From: Octopus vulgaris
Taxonomy: Eukaryota
Length of the DNA stretch: 64,000 nt
Assembly (NCBI GenBank): GCA_951406725.2
Contig: OX597827.1
Location: 17,298,001 to 17,362,000, forward strand
Direction of reading: 5' to 3'
Under the pieces are notes generated by a model. That model had not been told where the DNA came from. It saw only the letters and a list, made by a program, of their open reading frames with translations, and did not search any database. Each line of letters begins with the position of its first letter. The first letter of the stretch is position 1. Shown piece after piece: positions 14,242 through 29,167 of the stretch. A program made the translations under genes and the position numbers.

Positions 14242-14838
14242 TTGTATGTGTGTGTGTAAACACCGAGGCGGAAAAACATTTTGAAGTTGAAGAATAACGG
14301 AATAAATATAGATATTTCCAGGAGACGAATTCTGTTTCTGCGAACAAGTCGAGCCAGCATGAATCTTTTCTATAGATTTTGACCGGGAGATATGTGAATA
14401 ATACTTCATATTATATACATAGAGAATGAAGTATGCATACTTTCAAAACCCAGCCAACCTGACGGAATAAGGTTAGGAGAAGAAAAAGGAAAAGGAATAA
14501 AAATAAGAAAAAGAAGTAAAATATGGTGGAATGGTGATAATAATGACAAAAGTCATATAACTGGACAGCAAATGGAACATAAAAATAATAAACAAATAGC
14601 AAACATGAATAAAGTCCATAACTGCAACGGAGAAAATAGCCATAGGGGCGACAGAAAGGGTCAGTACATAAATGCGAAACAGTTACGGCGCGCAGGTCGA
14701 AGGGGTGCGACGACCTGCCATAGGAAATGATAAGTGGATATAAGTAGGTGTTTTATTTTAGACTGCTAAAATGGTAATTATCTGTCTGTCTGTATATTTA
14801 TCTATGTTTCTAACTATTTATTTATCTATCTATATATG

Positions 14839-14874
<36 letters not shown>

Positions 14875-14877
<3 letters not shown>

Positions 14878-15052
14878 CCATTTGAAAAATCCACCAGAAT
14901 GGAGGAAAGCGCTAATATACGATATATGATATAAGTTATATGATGTATAAAAACATGTAATATACAAATAAATATCTGTAAATATAAAACCATCCGAATT
15001 TCTGGGTACCTCATTTCTTCTAATATAAAATACCTGTACATCATCTCCAAAC
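14875..15052 (-). mobile_element. TA-flanked short repeat family copy
   Basis: Reverse complement of 6825-6924 joined to 7279-7352. Confidence 0.75.
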
Positions 15053-15096
15053 CTTTGCGTCTCACGTTTGATCTCTGACTTCTGGCCGGAATCAGA

Positions 15097-15305
15097 TCGC
15101 CATGTTGAATCGCTAGCTTCTGCACGCATTTTGTTCTCTCGTTGTTTCTCTCCGTGTTTCTTTTCTGTGTATCTTTCTGTTGAAGAGCGTTTGCTCGAAA
15201 CGTAAAAGACTTGTTTTATTTATATTCCTGAGCGCCATACTAATACAATTGTTTGTTTGTACTCCACCTGCCTTCGTCTTTTGTTTATATTCATAAAGCT
15301 TCCCG

Positions 15306-15307
<2 letters not shown>
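15097..15307 (+). mobile_element. HHR-bearing element family A (HHR 15172-15209)
   Basis: TCTTT-CTGTTGA-A-GAGC(GTTT)GCTC-GAAAC-GTA-AAAGA; 3' end abuts (TA)n. Confidence 0.8.
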
Positions 15308-15366
<59 letters not shown>

Positions 15367-15498
15367 TATGTATCTATCTCTTTATATAAGAGTATCTATT
15401 TTGATATTTAATGATACATATATATATAAATTTATATATATATATATACACACACATATATATAGTAATGTATACATACATACATATATATGTGTTTC

Positions 15499-15546
<48 letters not shown>

Positions 15547-15902
15547 TATATATATCCAGGCCTGTGCATGTATAAGTGTGTGTGTAGTATAGCCCTAATT
15601 GATATTTCACATTGCCTCATTCAGACATTTTTATGTCCTTTCCACATTATACATATCGTATTTTTTCCAGGAGATATGTCCCATGTCCAGAATGTTGGAC
15701 ATTGGCGAGAATATCCGGTCACAATTCTTTGTTCTCCCTTCTTTGAACAGAGGTTAGATAATTTAAACATGTTCAAATATTTTCTCAAATCTATTTAATT
15801 AATCTAACTTAAGTACTATATTGAATATTTTTCATCACTGCTTATTGATCAATACAACTTATACTGGTCTGTACTTATTTGGATAAAATGTAAATTTATA
15901 TA

Positions 15903-16268
15903 GGCTAAGGCATGGCCGTGAGGTAAGACGATTGCTTACCAACCACATGGTTTCGGGTTCAGTCCCATTGTGTGGTACCTTAGACAAGTGTCTTCTAATA
16001 TAGCCTCGGGCCAATGAATTTGATAGAAACTGAAAGAAGTCCGAAAGAAGTCCGTCGTGTGTGAGTATAGATATATATGTGTGTGTGTGTTTGTCCCCGC
16101 GCACCAATGGACAACCGGTGTTGGCGTGTTTATGTCTCCGTAACTTAGCGGTTCGGCAAAAAAACAAACAAAAATGAATCTCGCAGTCGATTCATTCAAC
16201 TAAAATTTCTTCAAGGCAGTGCCCCAGCACGGCCGCAATCTAATGACCGAAACAAGTAAAAGATAAAA
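15903..16268 (+). mobile_element. SINE family 1, diverged
   Basis: Homology to 12369-12765. Confidence 0.8.
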
Positions 16269-16878
16269 TACAGCATTCTATCAAACGAACCTCTATCTAT
16301 ATGTTCCAAATTTTAATTCCATTCGCGATCACATGTTTAGAAGCAAACTTCATACATATATTTTATGACATAACATAATTGCAATTTAATATAGTTTTAC
16401 TATTGTCCTCCTTATATTTTGAGGAGCTTTTACGAAATATCTCTAGTATTAGTTTTATATTTGCCATCACGTATAAATATTTTATAGTTCAATTAATTAA
16501 ATTTATCTTCAATTTTGTTTCGATATTTACTTCAATAATTTTCATATAAATATAACGCTTAAACCAAAAGCGCTTGACAGATGCACATACAGATACACAT
16601 GTAATGGTGTACATACATATTTATATCGGTACTTAAAATCATTAAAATACTAGAGATAATACTTTAAAATGCTATGCATAATAAATTGGTACACATATTT
16701 TAAACTAAGTAGTTATGGGAAAGTTATAAAGTAATTTTATTTTTGATTAGGCTTTTAATACGATGAATGTCGTTGTAAGCAACACAATCTCACAGATTTC
16801 ACACACGTAGAAATATACAAATATATACATACACGCACAGGCGTATATCATATACATACATACATATATATATATATG

Positions 16879-16935
<57 letters not shown>

Positions 16936-17120
16936 CTTGACTTAAACAGGATTCAAATAATCCTATCAGGTGGTGCTATTAAGTTAGACATGGCCTGGAC
17001 CAATCATTGGTCGAAACACATCTAAGTTTATCTAAGTTTATATATATATGTGTGTGTGTGTGCGCGCGTTTATATATTTGGTTTGCAAGATTTTTGATGT
17101 GAAATCGTGTGTTGAAATAG

Positions 17121-17343
17121 ATATTGTTGTATTTAGGAATGGTCATTTTGCCAGTTTAGCCAATAAAAACACATGCACTATATATTTGGTGTTACTTTGC
17201 GGTCACAGGGGTGTGACGAAAGAACTCTGGTCGAAATGAGATTAAGATTAATGTAAAAAATAAATAACGCTGAAGCAAAGTAACACCAAATATATAGTGC
17301 ATGTGTTTTATGGGCTAAACTGGCAAAATGACCATTCCTAAAT

Positions 17344-17353
<10 letters not shown>
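17121..17353. repeat. ~80-bp inverted repeat pair in a TA-flanked element
   Basis: 17121-17200 is the near-perfect reverse complement of 17275-17353. Confidence 0.9.
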
Positions 17354-17374
<21 letters not shown>

Positions 17375-17774
17375 ATATAATAAAGCATTCAAACACTGAG
17401 ATTTGAAATCAGATGTCACTACTCTTCATAAATTATAAAACTGATGATATCAACAGCAGTGATAATTGGTGGATCGCAGGCGCAATCGCATTAAATAGCT
17501 ACGAATTATAAATTTGCACGAAGCGTAAGGGTGCTTAACAAGCATCCACCTGCTAGAAATAAGAGGTAAAGTCTTAAATTTATCCACCGTACCGCACAAA
17601 GTTAACACAGAAAAACAGAAAGGATTAAAACATTCCACATCACAAATAAAAATATTATGCAATTAGGGATATATATATATATATATATATACATACATAA
17701 TATAAATAATATGAATAATAATATATGAACGAATGCCACGCATCCTTTTCCAAGTAAGCTTTCTCTCTCTCTCT

Positions 17775-17845
<71 letters not shown>

Positions 17846-17849
<4 letters not shown>

Positions 17850-18033
17850 AGAATTCACGAAAATAAACAAAAGACGAAGACAGGTGGTGTAGAAATCAAG
17901 CAGATGTATTAGTATAACGCTCAGGAATTGAAAAAGTATTTTACGTTTCGAGCCTACGCTCTTCTACAGAAAGGAACACGGAAAGAAACAAGGAGAGAAA
18001 AAAACGCGTGTAGTGGCTACCGATCTATCATGG

Positions 18034-18036
<3 letters not shown>
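17846..18036 (-). mobile_element. HHR-bearing element family A (HHR ~17936-17973)
   Basis: Minus strand CTGTAGA-A-GAGC(GTAG)GCTC-GAAAC-GTA; (TA)n on both sides. Confidence 0.8.
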
Positions 18037-18088
<52 letters not shown>

Positions 18089-19810
18089 TCTCCAATACGT
18101 TCACACACGCAGGCACAATTTAGCCTAACGCATCAAATCATATTTAAGTGTTCATAGATAAACTTTTTTCACCTTTTATTCCAACGAGTTTTATAGTTTT
18201 TAATCCCCTAGCAGTCCGTCTTTACGCTTGACCGATCACTGATCTTTATTTACTCATGTCTTTATTTTTTGGTTGACATATATGTTTTATTTTTTCATTT
18301 TCCATTTTGTTTTATATATTCATATTCGTAGTAAAATTTCATTCTCTCACATAGTCTTTATATTTTTATTCTTAATTCGCTTACGTTATTTTATCTACCA
18401 AATCTCCAACGCCTAACTTCGAATTTTATTTCTGACCTTTGACTTTACGAATCAAATTGCTGCCAATGAAGAAAGCAAGCCCTCCTTTCATTGTACACTA
18501 CCTGAACAGTCAGTTTCTATTTAGTAAAGCTTTCCATTTTCATTTCTATATAAACAACAAAAGAAAGTTTGCTTACGGCGTGAATAAGTCATCCAACGAT
18601 ACTAAAATTCCCAGTCAAAACCTATTTTATTATAAATTTGACTCTACTTGCATTGAGTTTTCCTATCTGAAAACGTCCTACTGTCAGTCATAAAATTGCT
18701 TTAAAAATATCAAATGCTAATTTAATACATGCTCTCAAACACACAGTCACATACATACCTATGTATGTATGTATGTATGTATGTATGTATGTATGTATGT
18801 ATGTATGTATGTATGTATGTATGTATTTATTTATGTATGTATGTATGCATCATTCATGTATGTATGTATGTATGTATGTAGGTAGGTAGGTAGGTAGGTA
18901 GGTAGGTAGGTAGGTAGGTAGGTAGGTAGGTAGGTAGGTTTTTCTGGTTTTGCGAAGCCTAATTTCTCAAGATTGGTATTTAGGCAGTGTGTGACATTAT
19001 CCCAGGACCCTAATAATTAATTAATTATGTTGGTATTTGCATATGTAATCAGTCATACACGTATATAAACTTATCCAATGAGGCAAAGGTTGGTACTCAC
19101 TCCTTCGTTAAAGATATTAAGTAGTCGGACGAGATGGAGTTAATAAGGACAGTCTATAAAAATTGAAAAAAAATGTAAAACGCATACACATGAAGAGAAA
19201 GAAAGCGAAAGATTCAGAGAGAGACGTAGGAATGAGTGAGTGAATGAAAGAGAGAGAGAGAGAGGGAGGGAGAGAAGTTGGGAGAGAGAGAGGAACAGTA
19301 AAATGTATTGAAATTTAACCAGATTGATATACAATGAACACCGTCCGTGCACAAATAAAGACAAATACATACATATAGACAAAAAGAGAGTAGGAGTAAG
19401 AGGAAGAGAATAAAAGAGCGAGGGTGAGGGAGAGTAATAATATAAGCCGAAATATCTAAAATGGTGTTATCATCATTTACATGCCACAAATACACAGCAA
19501 AAGTTTATAATCGCAAGTTTATAAACAGAAAGCATTGATCAAATTTATAACTTTTAAGTCAATTTTTCATTTCGGTTCAAGAACTGATTTATGATCAGGT
19601 GCCAAAAGACGTGACACCCACCAAGCAGAAACCGTCGTCATGTCATGTTCACTGTGCACAATATTCTCAACTCTCATTCGGGATAAGCTAACATTGGCGA
19701 TTTGATTTATAGTTCATTGGTTATTTGATTTATATTTAATGTTCTTCGGAGCTAGACCCCCCCCTTTTTTTTTTATGCAGGAATTTGATAACACAATAAT
19801 GCCAACATTT

Positions 19811-20053
19811 ACTTTTTACTTGTTTCAGTCGTTTGACTGCGGACATGCAGGAGCACCGCCTTTAGTCGAGCAAATCGACCCCAGGACTTATTCTTTGTAA
19901 GCCTAGTACTTACATATTCTATCGGTCTCTTTTGCCGAACAGCTAAGTGACGGGTACGTAAACACACCAGCATCGGTTATCAAACGATGTTGGGGCGGGG
20001 GGGCAACACAGACAAACAAACATATACACACACATACATATATATACATATAT

Positions 20054-20102
<49 letters not shown>

Positions 20103-20274
20103 TTTATAAAACGATGGGCTTCTTTCAGTTTCCGTCTACTAAATCTACTCACAAGGTTTTGGTCGGCCCGAGGCTATAGTAGAAGATACTTGCCCAAGGT
20201 GCCACGCAGTGGGACTGAACCCGGAACCATGTGGTTCGTAAGCAAGCTACTTACCACACAGCCACTCCTACGCC
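19811..20274 (-). mobile_element. SINE family 1, full length
   Basis: Reverse complement of the family sequence. Confidence 0.9.
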
Positions 20275-20624
20275 ATACATACAAAATACATACATACATA
20301 ATACATACATACATGCATACATACATGCATACTTACATATATACATATGTATGTAACTGTGTGTTTGAGCATGTATTACATTAACTTGCCCAAGGTCCCA
20401 CGCAGTGGGACTGAACCCAGAACCATGTGGTTGGTAAGTAAGCCAAGAGAAATCCCTACTAATTACGTTTGAGATCTTCTTTGAATAGGCAGATGTCACT
20501 TTAGCTAAAGGGGAACAATGCAGTTATTAATAAGTAGACTTGAAATTAACGTATGCAAGATTTCATAGTAGCAGCATCAGTCCTTCATAGTCAGCCTATG
20601 AACTTTTCAGCCTAACCTCGTAGA

Positions 20625-21240
20625 ATAATCCTTTCTACTATAGGCAAAAGCCTGAAATTTTGGGCGAGAGGGCCAGTCGATAAGATTTAGCCCCATAGGC
20701 AACTGGTACTTAATTTATCGACCCCGAAAGGATGAAAGGCAAAGTCGACCTCGGCGGAATTTTAACTCAGAACGTAACGGCAGACGAAATACCTATTTCT
20801 TTATTACCCACAAAGAGCTAAACACAGAGAGGACAAACAAGGACAGACAAACAGATTAAGTCGATTATATAGACCCCAGTGCGTAACTGGTACTTATGAA
20901 AGGCAAAGTCGACCTCGGCGGAATTTGAACTCAGAACGTAGCGGCAGACGAAATACCTATTTATTTATTACCCACAAGGGGCTAAACAAGGATAGAAAAA
21001 CGGATTAAGTCGATTATATCGACCCCAGTGCGTAACTGGTACTTAATTTATCGACACCGAAAGGATGAAAGGTAAAGTCGGCCTCGTCGGAATTTGAACT
21101 CAGAACGTAACGGCAGACGAAATACGGTTAAGCATTTCGCCCGATATGCTAACGTTTCTGCCAGCTCGCCGCCTTAGTGACTAACGAAATACCGTTAAGT
21201 ATTTCGCCCAGCTTGCTAACTATGCTGCCAGCTCGCTGCT
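20625..21240 (-). mobile_element. SINE family 2 tandem array
   Basis: About 3 head-to-tail units behind a head ending at ~21174, with a further partial head to 21240. Confidence 0.88.
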
Positions 21241-21559
21241 TTCATCCTCGTAGAATAATAAAACAATTTTACCGTGTTAAAACGTCTCAGGGTTAAAACA
21301 ACCATTCGATGTCCAGTATTAAATTAGCGAGACCAAATGAATGGGGAAAATAGATCGCGACAAATGTCATCAACTCTATGAAACACAATCTATAACAGGC
21401 AGAATATGAGCCAGCGAATCAGTGTTTGACTGTGCAGCGTCTTTATTTGACCATGGCTCAGTGGTTAGAAGTGCCACGAGTTCAAATTGTACTGAACTCA
21501 ATTTTGGATTTCAGTCTTTCATGGTGATATTATTTGATATAGTGTATCGATATATTCCG

Positions 21560-21855
21560 AAAGTACGTGGGTCAGTGGTTAGAGTGTCAGGCTCACAGTC
21601 ATGAAGTTGTGAGTTCGATTCCTGGACCGGGCTGTGTGTAGTGTTCTTGAGCATGACACTTTATTTCACTGGTGCCAAACTGTATCGACCTTTGCCCTTC
21701 CCTTCGATAACATCGGTGGCGTGGAATAAGAAGGCTGGTGTGCATGGACGACTGTTGGTCTTCCATAAAGAACCATGCCCAGACTTGTGCCTCGGAGGGG
21801 AATCTTTTAGGTGCAATCCTATAGCCATTTATGACTGAAGGGGGTCTTTACCCTT
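21560..21855 (+). mobile_element. tRNA-derived SINE family 3
   Basis: TCAGTGGTTAGAG..GAGTTCGATTCC head, GTGTTCTTGAGCA.GACACTTTATT core; homologous to 25370-25706. Confidence 0.85.
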
Positions 21856-22241
21856 TACTCGTTACAACATACACCTCAAAAATAGCTGATTCTTCCCCTA
21901 GAAACCCACTTAAATAGGGAGACTAGAAGTATTTGTAAGGCAGTTTTTATCGTCTATGCTATATCATTATGAAAGGAGAATACATATTCTCCCGTTATAA
22001 AAGCTCTTCATATAATAGTGACTGTTAAGAAGGAAAACACAATCGCTTGCGGTAAAGTCTTATCAAATCCCAGACTGTTGGCTAGGCAGCTCAAAGAATA
22101 GGCTATTTAGATCATTGAAGACACAAATATACGGTTTATCAAGTAGTTGTTCTGTAAGCTTGAAAGAGCAAGGACAGGCTGATCAACTGCAGAGCATGTA
22201 CATACAAGAAAATTCATCTATTTAAATATCTCTCTCTTTTC

Positions 22242-22312
<71 letters not shown>

Positions 22313-22464
22313 CTATCTACCGCTAAGTGACGGGGACGTAAACACACCAGCATTGGTTGTCAAGCAATGCTAGAGGGACAAATACATACACACATACATA
22401 CATACATACATACATACATACATACATACATACATACATACATACATACATACATACATAATAC

Positions 22465-22517
<53 letters not shown>

Positions 22518-22574
22518 TCTTTACTCTTTTACTTGTTTCAGCCATCCGGCTGAGGCCATGCTGGGGCACCGCCC

Positions 22575-22838
22575 TTGTTGCACCCTCTCTAAGTCCAGTT
22601 TGCCGTGGCTGGCCACTGACTAAGAGAGGTTTGTGCTGCCCTTAGGTTACCTTACCTTGCAGTGGGTTCATCTGGGATCCCGGAAAGCAGCTTGTCTAGA
22701 TGTTTTTTGAAAATGTCCACATCCCATCATGTAGATCTCTTAGTTTTCTTGGCAGTTTGTTGAACAGCTGAGGGCCCTGAACAGGCTACAGTATCTGCTC
22801 CTTACCCTGGATGTGGAAGACGGGACCTTTATGACGAC

Positions 22839-22840
<2 letters not shown>
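22575..22840 (-). pseudogene. CR1/L2-group LINE 3' fragment
   Basis: Frameshifted GPQLFNKLPRKLRDL..DIFKKHLDKLLSGIPDEP..RAAQTSL, typical of an ORF2 C-terminus. Confidence 0.7.
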
Positions 22841-22907
<67 letters not shown>

Positions 22908-22909
<2 letters not shown>

Positions 22910-23074
22910 TACGACAAGTTTCTTTCAGTTTCCGTGTACCAAATCCACTCACAAGGCTTTGGTCGGCCCGAGGCTATAGTAGAAGACACTTGCCCAAGGT
23001 GCCACGCAGTGGGACTGAGCCCAGAACCATGTGGTTGGTTAGCAAGCTACTTACCACACAGCCACTCCTGCGCC
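22908..23074 (-). mobile_element. SINE family 1, 5' half
   Basis: Homology to the family; further fragments at 22318-22572. Confidence 0.85.
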
Positions 23075-24159
23075 TATATATATTACTTAATATATATGTA
23101 TATATGTATGTAAAAACGTAGATATTTTTCAGCCCAGGTTTGTTGTTTACACACAAGCATAGAGCTATTAATATAATGCCAGTAAGTCTAGGAAAACAAT
23201 CAATAGCAAATAAATTTAATATTCTCATAAAAATCATTAAAAAATACACATCTTATACTTCCTCTTCATATGAAAGAAGGAACAATGGGAGACTGAAATG
23301 TTAAAACGAGGATACAAACAATGTAAAGAAGTTAAAATGTATAACGGAAGATAAAATGAAATTGGATCTCCAGAAATTACCTAGAACATAATAGGGAGAA
23401 ACGCTTTCTTTATTATTGCCCTTCAAGATTGGACAGAATGGGAAAAGCCAACATGAAATTCAACTATCAGTCGAGAGCTCTCACTTAAAGGCGGATAAAA
23501 AATAAATGAAGATTTAGTTTTTGTTGTACACTATCAATTATTATTCACAAAATATTACAGACGTAATATAAAATAAGAAATTGGAAATTACATCGATAAA
23601 TCTACTGATATAATTGTAGAATATGATTGTTCATTAGACAATGTAATAGCCATTAGGATTTGAGTGGCTTGGCCAGAGATGCAATAACATCGTGTACAAC
23701 GTTTATAGAAACAGCCGAGGCTGTGAGGAAGACAGGGGAGAGAAAACAGGACTGAATATGGAGCAGATAATCACGATACACTTATTAATATCAGACAATA
23801 TACTTTCAAGGGACAACGGGGGAAAAGAAAGGGACAGATACACAAGAGCATATACTGGTCATCTAGACGGGTTTCCACCAGTTTCCGTTTCTAACTGTCA
23901 CACACAAGGCTTGGGTTCACTCAACGTTAAGTTATTCATTCTCACTTCTCCGCTACCAACATGTATTAGCGCACGACGTTTCTATCGTGTTTAGGTCTCG
24001 GTTTCAGGGTCCCTACCATTTCGTACCCACTTGCCTACATTCCTCTCTTATCACCATCTCAACAACTGCACCCTCCCTATGACACCTGACGTGTATCATG
24101 CTACTATAATCACCATTCACCCACATTTTACTCCTACACTACTCATACCACCCCTCTCC

Positions 24160-24487
24160 GTGAAAACCGGCACTCAGTCGGTTACGATGGCAAGGGTTCC
24201 CGTTGATTCGATCAACGGAACAGCCTGCTCATGAAATTAACGTGCAAGTGGATGAGCACTCCACAGGCACATGTACCCTTACCGTAGTTCTCAATAAGTT
24301 TCAGCGTGACATAGAATGTGACAAGGCTGGCCCTTTGAAATACAAATACTACTCATTTTTGGCAGCTGAGTGAACTGGAGCTACGTGAAATAAAGTGTCT
24401 TGCTCAAGAAAACAATGCATTACCAAGAATTGAACTCCCGACCTTATGATCGTAAGTTGAATACCCTAAACACTAAGCCACGCGCCT
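24160..24487 (-). mobile_element. SINE family 3 variant
   Basis: Same head/core as 25370; different 3' part, also seen at 28540-28635. Confidence 0.75.
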
Positions 24488-24834
24488 TTACACTCCCTTT
24501 GTATTTCTCATGTAATCGCACACTGGATTTTTCTCTTCTCTCTTTAAGTCTACACTTCAACATCACTGTTGCACTTGTTTTCCTAATTAGCCATCTGTGG
24601 TTTACAAATAGATCATTATATTGTTTTTCCCCTCTATTTTTTCTGATGAAGGAAAAACTTTGAAACGTTAGCATTTACTTCCTCCTCATTACGTAAAACG
24701 TTCTCCACTATTTCAACTATTTGCATAATTTTCTCGCCGATATTGAATGCTCACTAAGCTCATCTGAATTTCATCCTTTCATTACTACACGGGCATGTTT
24801 ACGAGTTCAGTATTTCCACATAAAGGCCTCCTCT

Positions 24835-25227
24835 GGCCATGAAAGACTATGGGATTGCGTATTGAAAGAAAGTTACCCTCTGAGGCACAAATCCAGGCAA
24901 GGCTGTTTATGGAAGAACAACAGTCGCCCATGAATACCAGCCTCTCCTCTCCACGACTCCAGTATTATCCAAATGTAACACAAAGGCCGGTACGGCTTGG
25001 AGCCAGTGACATCGCAACTCTTTTCTACAGATGAGTGAACTTGAACAAAGTGAAATAACGTGTCTTGCGCAAGGACACAACACACAGATCGGTCCAGGAA
25101 TCGAACTCACTACCTCATAATTATGGAGGTGGTGGTGGTGATGATGATGATGATGATGGTGACGATGATCATGTTGTTGATGATTATTTTGGTGACTAAG
25201 AAGATGAGACACTGAGCCATGCGCCCC
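24835..25227 (-). mobile_element. SINE family 3, head interrupted by (GAT)n
   Basis: Reverse-complement homology to 25370-25706. Confidence 0.75.
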
Positions 25228-25369
25228 ACATAAAAACTTAAAACTACATTGCGCAACATACATCAAATCTGGTACCTAACAAAGACACGGCTAAGCAGAT
25301 CTGTAGCATAGCCCTGGAATTACGCTTATCCGATATTATGATATTTAGTGTTAGGGCACCAACAGTTGT

Positions 25370-25706
25370 GAAGGCGCATGGCTCAGTGGTTAGAGCGTCG
25401 AGCTTACGATCGTGAGGTTGTGAGTTCAAATCCTGGACCGGGCTGCGTGTTGTGTTCTTGAGCAAGACACTTTATTTCACGTTGCTCCAGTTCACTCAGC
25501 TATAGAAATGAGTTGCGACGTCACAGGTGTCAAGCTGTACCGGCCCCTTTGCCTTTTTTCTTGGATAACACTGGTGGCATGGAGAGGAGAGGCTGGTATG
25601 CATGGGCGACTGCTGGTCTTCCATAAACAACGTTGCCCAGAATAGTGCCTCGGAGGGTAACTTTCTAGGTGCAATTTCATGGTCAGTCATGACCGAAGTG
25701 GGTCTC
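25370..25706 (+). mobile_element. SINE family 3, full length
   Basis: A-box TGGCTCAGTGG, B-box GAGTTCAAATCC. Confidence 0.88.
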
Positions 25707-26009
25707 AGCTCAGTAGGGTACCAAATGGCAAACATCAGAGAACCATAGCCTTGCTGTATTTTGTTTCGTTCATTCATTATATTCTCAATGCAAATCCCGT
25801 CGCGGTCGGCTTTGTGCTTTATTTGATCGCATTTGCTAGATAATTACCAGTCATACAGACGGTATAGGGGGGTCGATATATTTTGTGACCTAATGTCTAC
25901 GTTGGAAATTGTTACTTTTTATTAGCGTTGGATATCGTGTTGAAATCGTTGTTAATGTTTGGGTATAATTATTATAGCCATTGCTATAGTTATCGCTCTT
26001 ATAACTACT

Positions 26010-26177
26010 ACAATCATCATCATCTTCATCATCATCATCAGCAGCAGCAGCATCATTGTCAACGACATTGCTACCATTAAAGCTGTCGTCTTCAGCTTCG
26101 TAGTCGCCATTCCTGTCAAAATCAATATCGCCGTTCATCATCTTCATAGTCCCCAAAATAATCATCAACAACATGAC

Positions 26178-26211
<34 letters not shown>

Positions 26212-26212
26212 G

Positions 26213-26271
<59 letters not shown>

Positions 26272-26662
26272 TTCATCACGTCATCATCGATATTGTCATG
26301 ATCATCACGACCACCAATGACACCGACACCGCTCCCAACAAAACCACCAATACCACCACCACCAAAATGAACAAAACGTCCTCTTGAATTGTTATTATGC
26401 TTAGCAGTTCTGTGTACGGTTGTTATTCTTAATATTTCTGTAACAAAATAATTTATTATTATTATTATTAGTATCATTGTCATTATTATTATTGTTGCTG
26501 TTGTTGTTGTTGTTCTTGATGTTGTTGTTATTTGTGTTAATAATTGCCGTTATCATTATTATCATTGTTCTTATAATTGCCCTTATCGTTATTATCAATG
26601 TCACTACGAATGGCACCAACAACAGCAGCAACAACAACAACAAAAACAACAACAACAATAAC

Positions 26663-26730
<68 letters not shown>

Positions 26731-26776
26731 TAATAATAATAATAATAATGATAATAATAATATTAATAATAATAAC

Positions 26777-26815
<39 letters not shown>

Positions 26816-26862
26816 TATAATAATAATATTGATGAAAACGATGATGATGATGATGATGATGC
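26010..26862. repeat. trinucleotide microsatellite cluster (CAT)n, (TTG)n, (AAT)n
   Basis: Direct reading. Confidence 0.95.
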
Positions 26863-27126
26863 TGATATAACATTATTGTATTTTTCCTATTTTTCTGCTT
26901 TCATTTCATGTTAGTTTAAAAATTATTAGATATTTTATACTCTTGTATATCTAATGTTTTATGGTTTATTGTTTTTCTTTTTTTCTAACTGATTTACAAC
27001 GAGTGACGAAAAAAACTAATGAATATAAAAAAATTAGTTAATTACATTAGCAATGTTTTGTGTCAAAGTTCGCTATTTAAGTGGGTTTTATTACCTGAAT
27101 GATTGTTCTTACACACTAATTGCTTC

Positions 27127-27168
<42 letters not shown>

Positions 27169-27187
27169 TATCTGTATATGTACATAC

Positions 27188-27247
<60 letters not shown>

Positions 27248-27519
27248 GTATATATATATATATACATATATACATACACATATATATACATCACAACACA
27301 CGAACATATTAATATGAATATCAAAATCTATATCTAGTACACGCTCACTGTCTTCTGTGTATGGTCACATAAGTGTGTGTGTGTTGTATGTATGTTCCTA
27401 CGCGTGTGTGCTTGCGCGTGTGCGACACATTATGTCTATATATAGTTTCTTTTACGCATGGGATATCAATGCGTATGTATACATTCATGCACACGGATGT
27501 GTATATAAGTATATATATA

Positions 27520-27595
<76 letters not shown>

Positions 27596-27790
27596 AATCA
27601 TAATTTTTACACATACACACATATGCCAATATCTAATGCCTAATTATATATAATTAAATTCCTAGACGTATGATACAACACATGACGGCTTACTCATACA
27701 CATACCTACAAACACATACAGAAATTAATAACTATAAATATATTTGTGCATGAAAACATAGACGTACATAAAATATACATAAAAACGGTA

Positions 27791-27902
<112 letters not shown>

Positions 27903-27908
27903 TATGTA

Positions 27909-27975
<67 letters not shown>

Positions 27976-27988
27976 AATATATATATAT

Positions 27989-28286
27989 AACAATTACAGC
28001 GTGGAAGGTGTTTATAAGTCATTTCAAGAAACACACAAAAAACCATTAGATTCAGTTCAACATTTAAATTTAATTTGTCAAAAAATTTTCGTCGCTTTCA
28101 GACCGCGACGTGTTCACTGACAAAATGCTGCATCACGGGGACGCAGCACGGAATTTTATCGGTGAACAGGTCGCGGTCTCAAAGCGACGAAAATATTTTG
28201 ACAAATTAAATTTAAATGTTGAAGTGAATCTAACGGTTTTTTGTGTGTTCTTCAATGGCTTATAAACACCTTCCACGCTGCAATTG

Positions 28287-28287
<1 letters not shown>
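27989..28287. mobile_element. palindromic TA-flanked element with two divergent HHR motifs (G3:C8 variant)
   Basis: ~135-bp inverted arms; HHRs at 28074-28124(-) and 28155-28205(+), core GTGAACA. Confidence 0.75.
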
Positions 28288-28318
<31 letters not shown>

Positions 28319-28323
<5 letters not shown>

Positions 28324-28520
28324 ATCCAATCATGAGCAAAGGGAAAACACAAAAACGCGAGGACGTGGAACAAGTATAGTGTTATTGGACACTCAGGAAA
28401 GGAAAGAAAGCAGAAGGATCTAGCGTTTTGAGCGGAGCTCTTCGTCGGAAACATTGAAAAAGAAAAGGCCCAAGGAAGGGAAGACGGAGAAAGAAAATCG
28501 CCAACGATACACACGCGGCC
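28319..28520 (-). mobile_element. HHR-bearing element family B, degenerate HHR
   Basis: Reverse complement of 60944-61155; CCGACGA-A-GAGC(TCC)GCTC-AAAACG. Confidence 0.75.
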
Positions 28521-28832
28521 ATATATATATGTGTCGTGGAACTCCTTCGGTTCCTGTTGATCCGATCAATGGAACAGCCTGATCGAGAAATTAACGTGCA
28601 AGTTGCTGTGCAATACACAGACACGCGCACCCTTAATATGACGATATATATATATCTATATCTTATCTTATATATATATATATATATATATATATACGAC
28701 CTGGAAAGACGTTCAAAGGTGTTTCTTATGAGTTATTCTTTGTGCGAAATATCCCATTCGAGTAGAAAGTTATTATTTGCAGAGATATATCCGGGAGTCG
28801 GTAGTATCTATCTGTCTGTCTATCTATCTATC

Positions 28833-28890
<58 letters not shown>

Positions 28891-29092
28891 TATACCTAGA
28901 TATATACATATATATACCTATATATGTATATATATACATATATATACATATACATATACATATATATATATACATAAATATATACATATATACATATATA
29001 TAAATGTATATATACTTACAAACTTTATATATATATATATATAACTACATACATACATATATATATAGATAGACAGATAGATATATATATAT

Positions 29093-29167
<75 letters not shown>

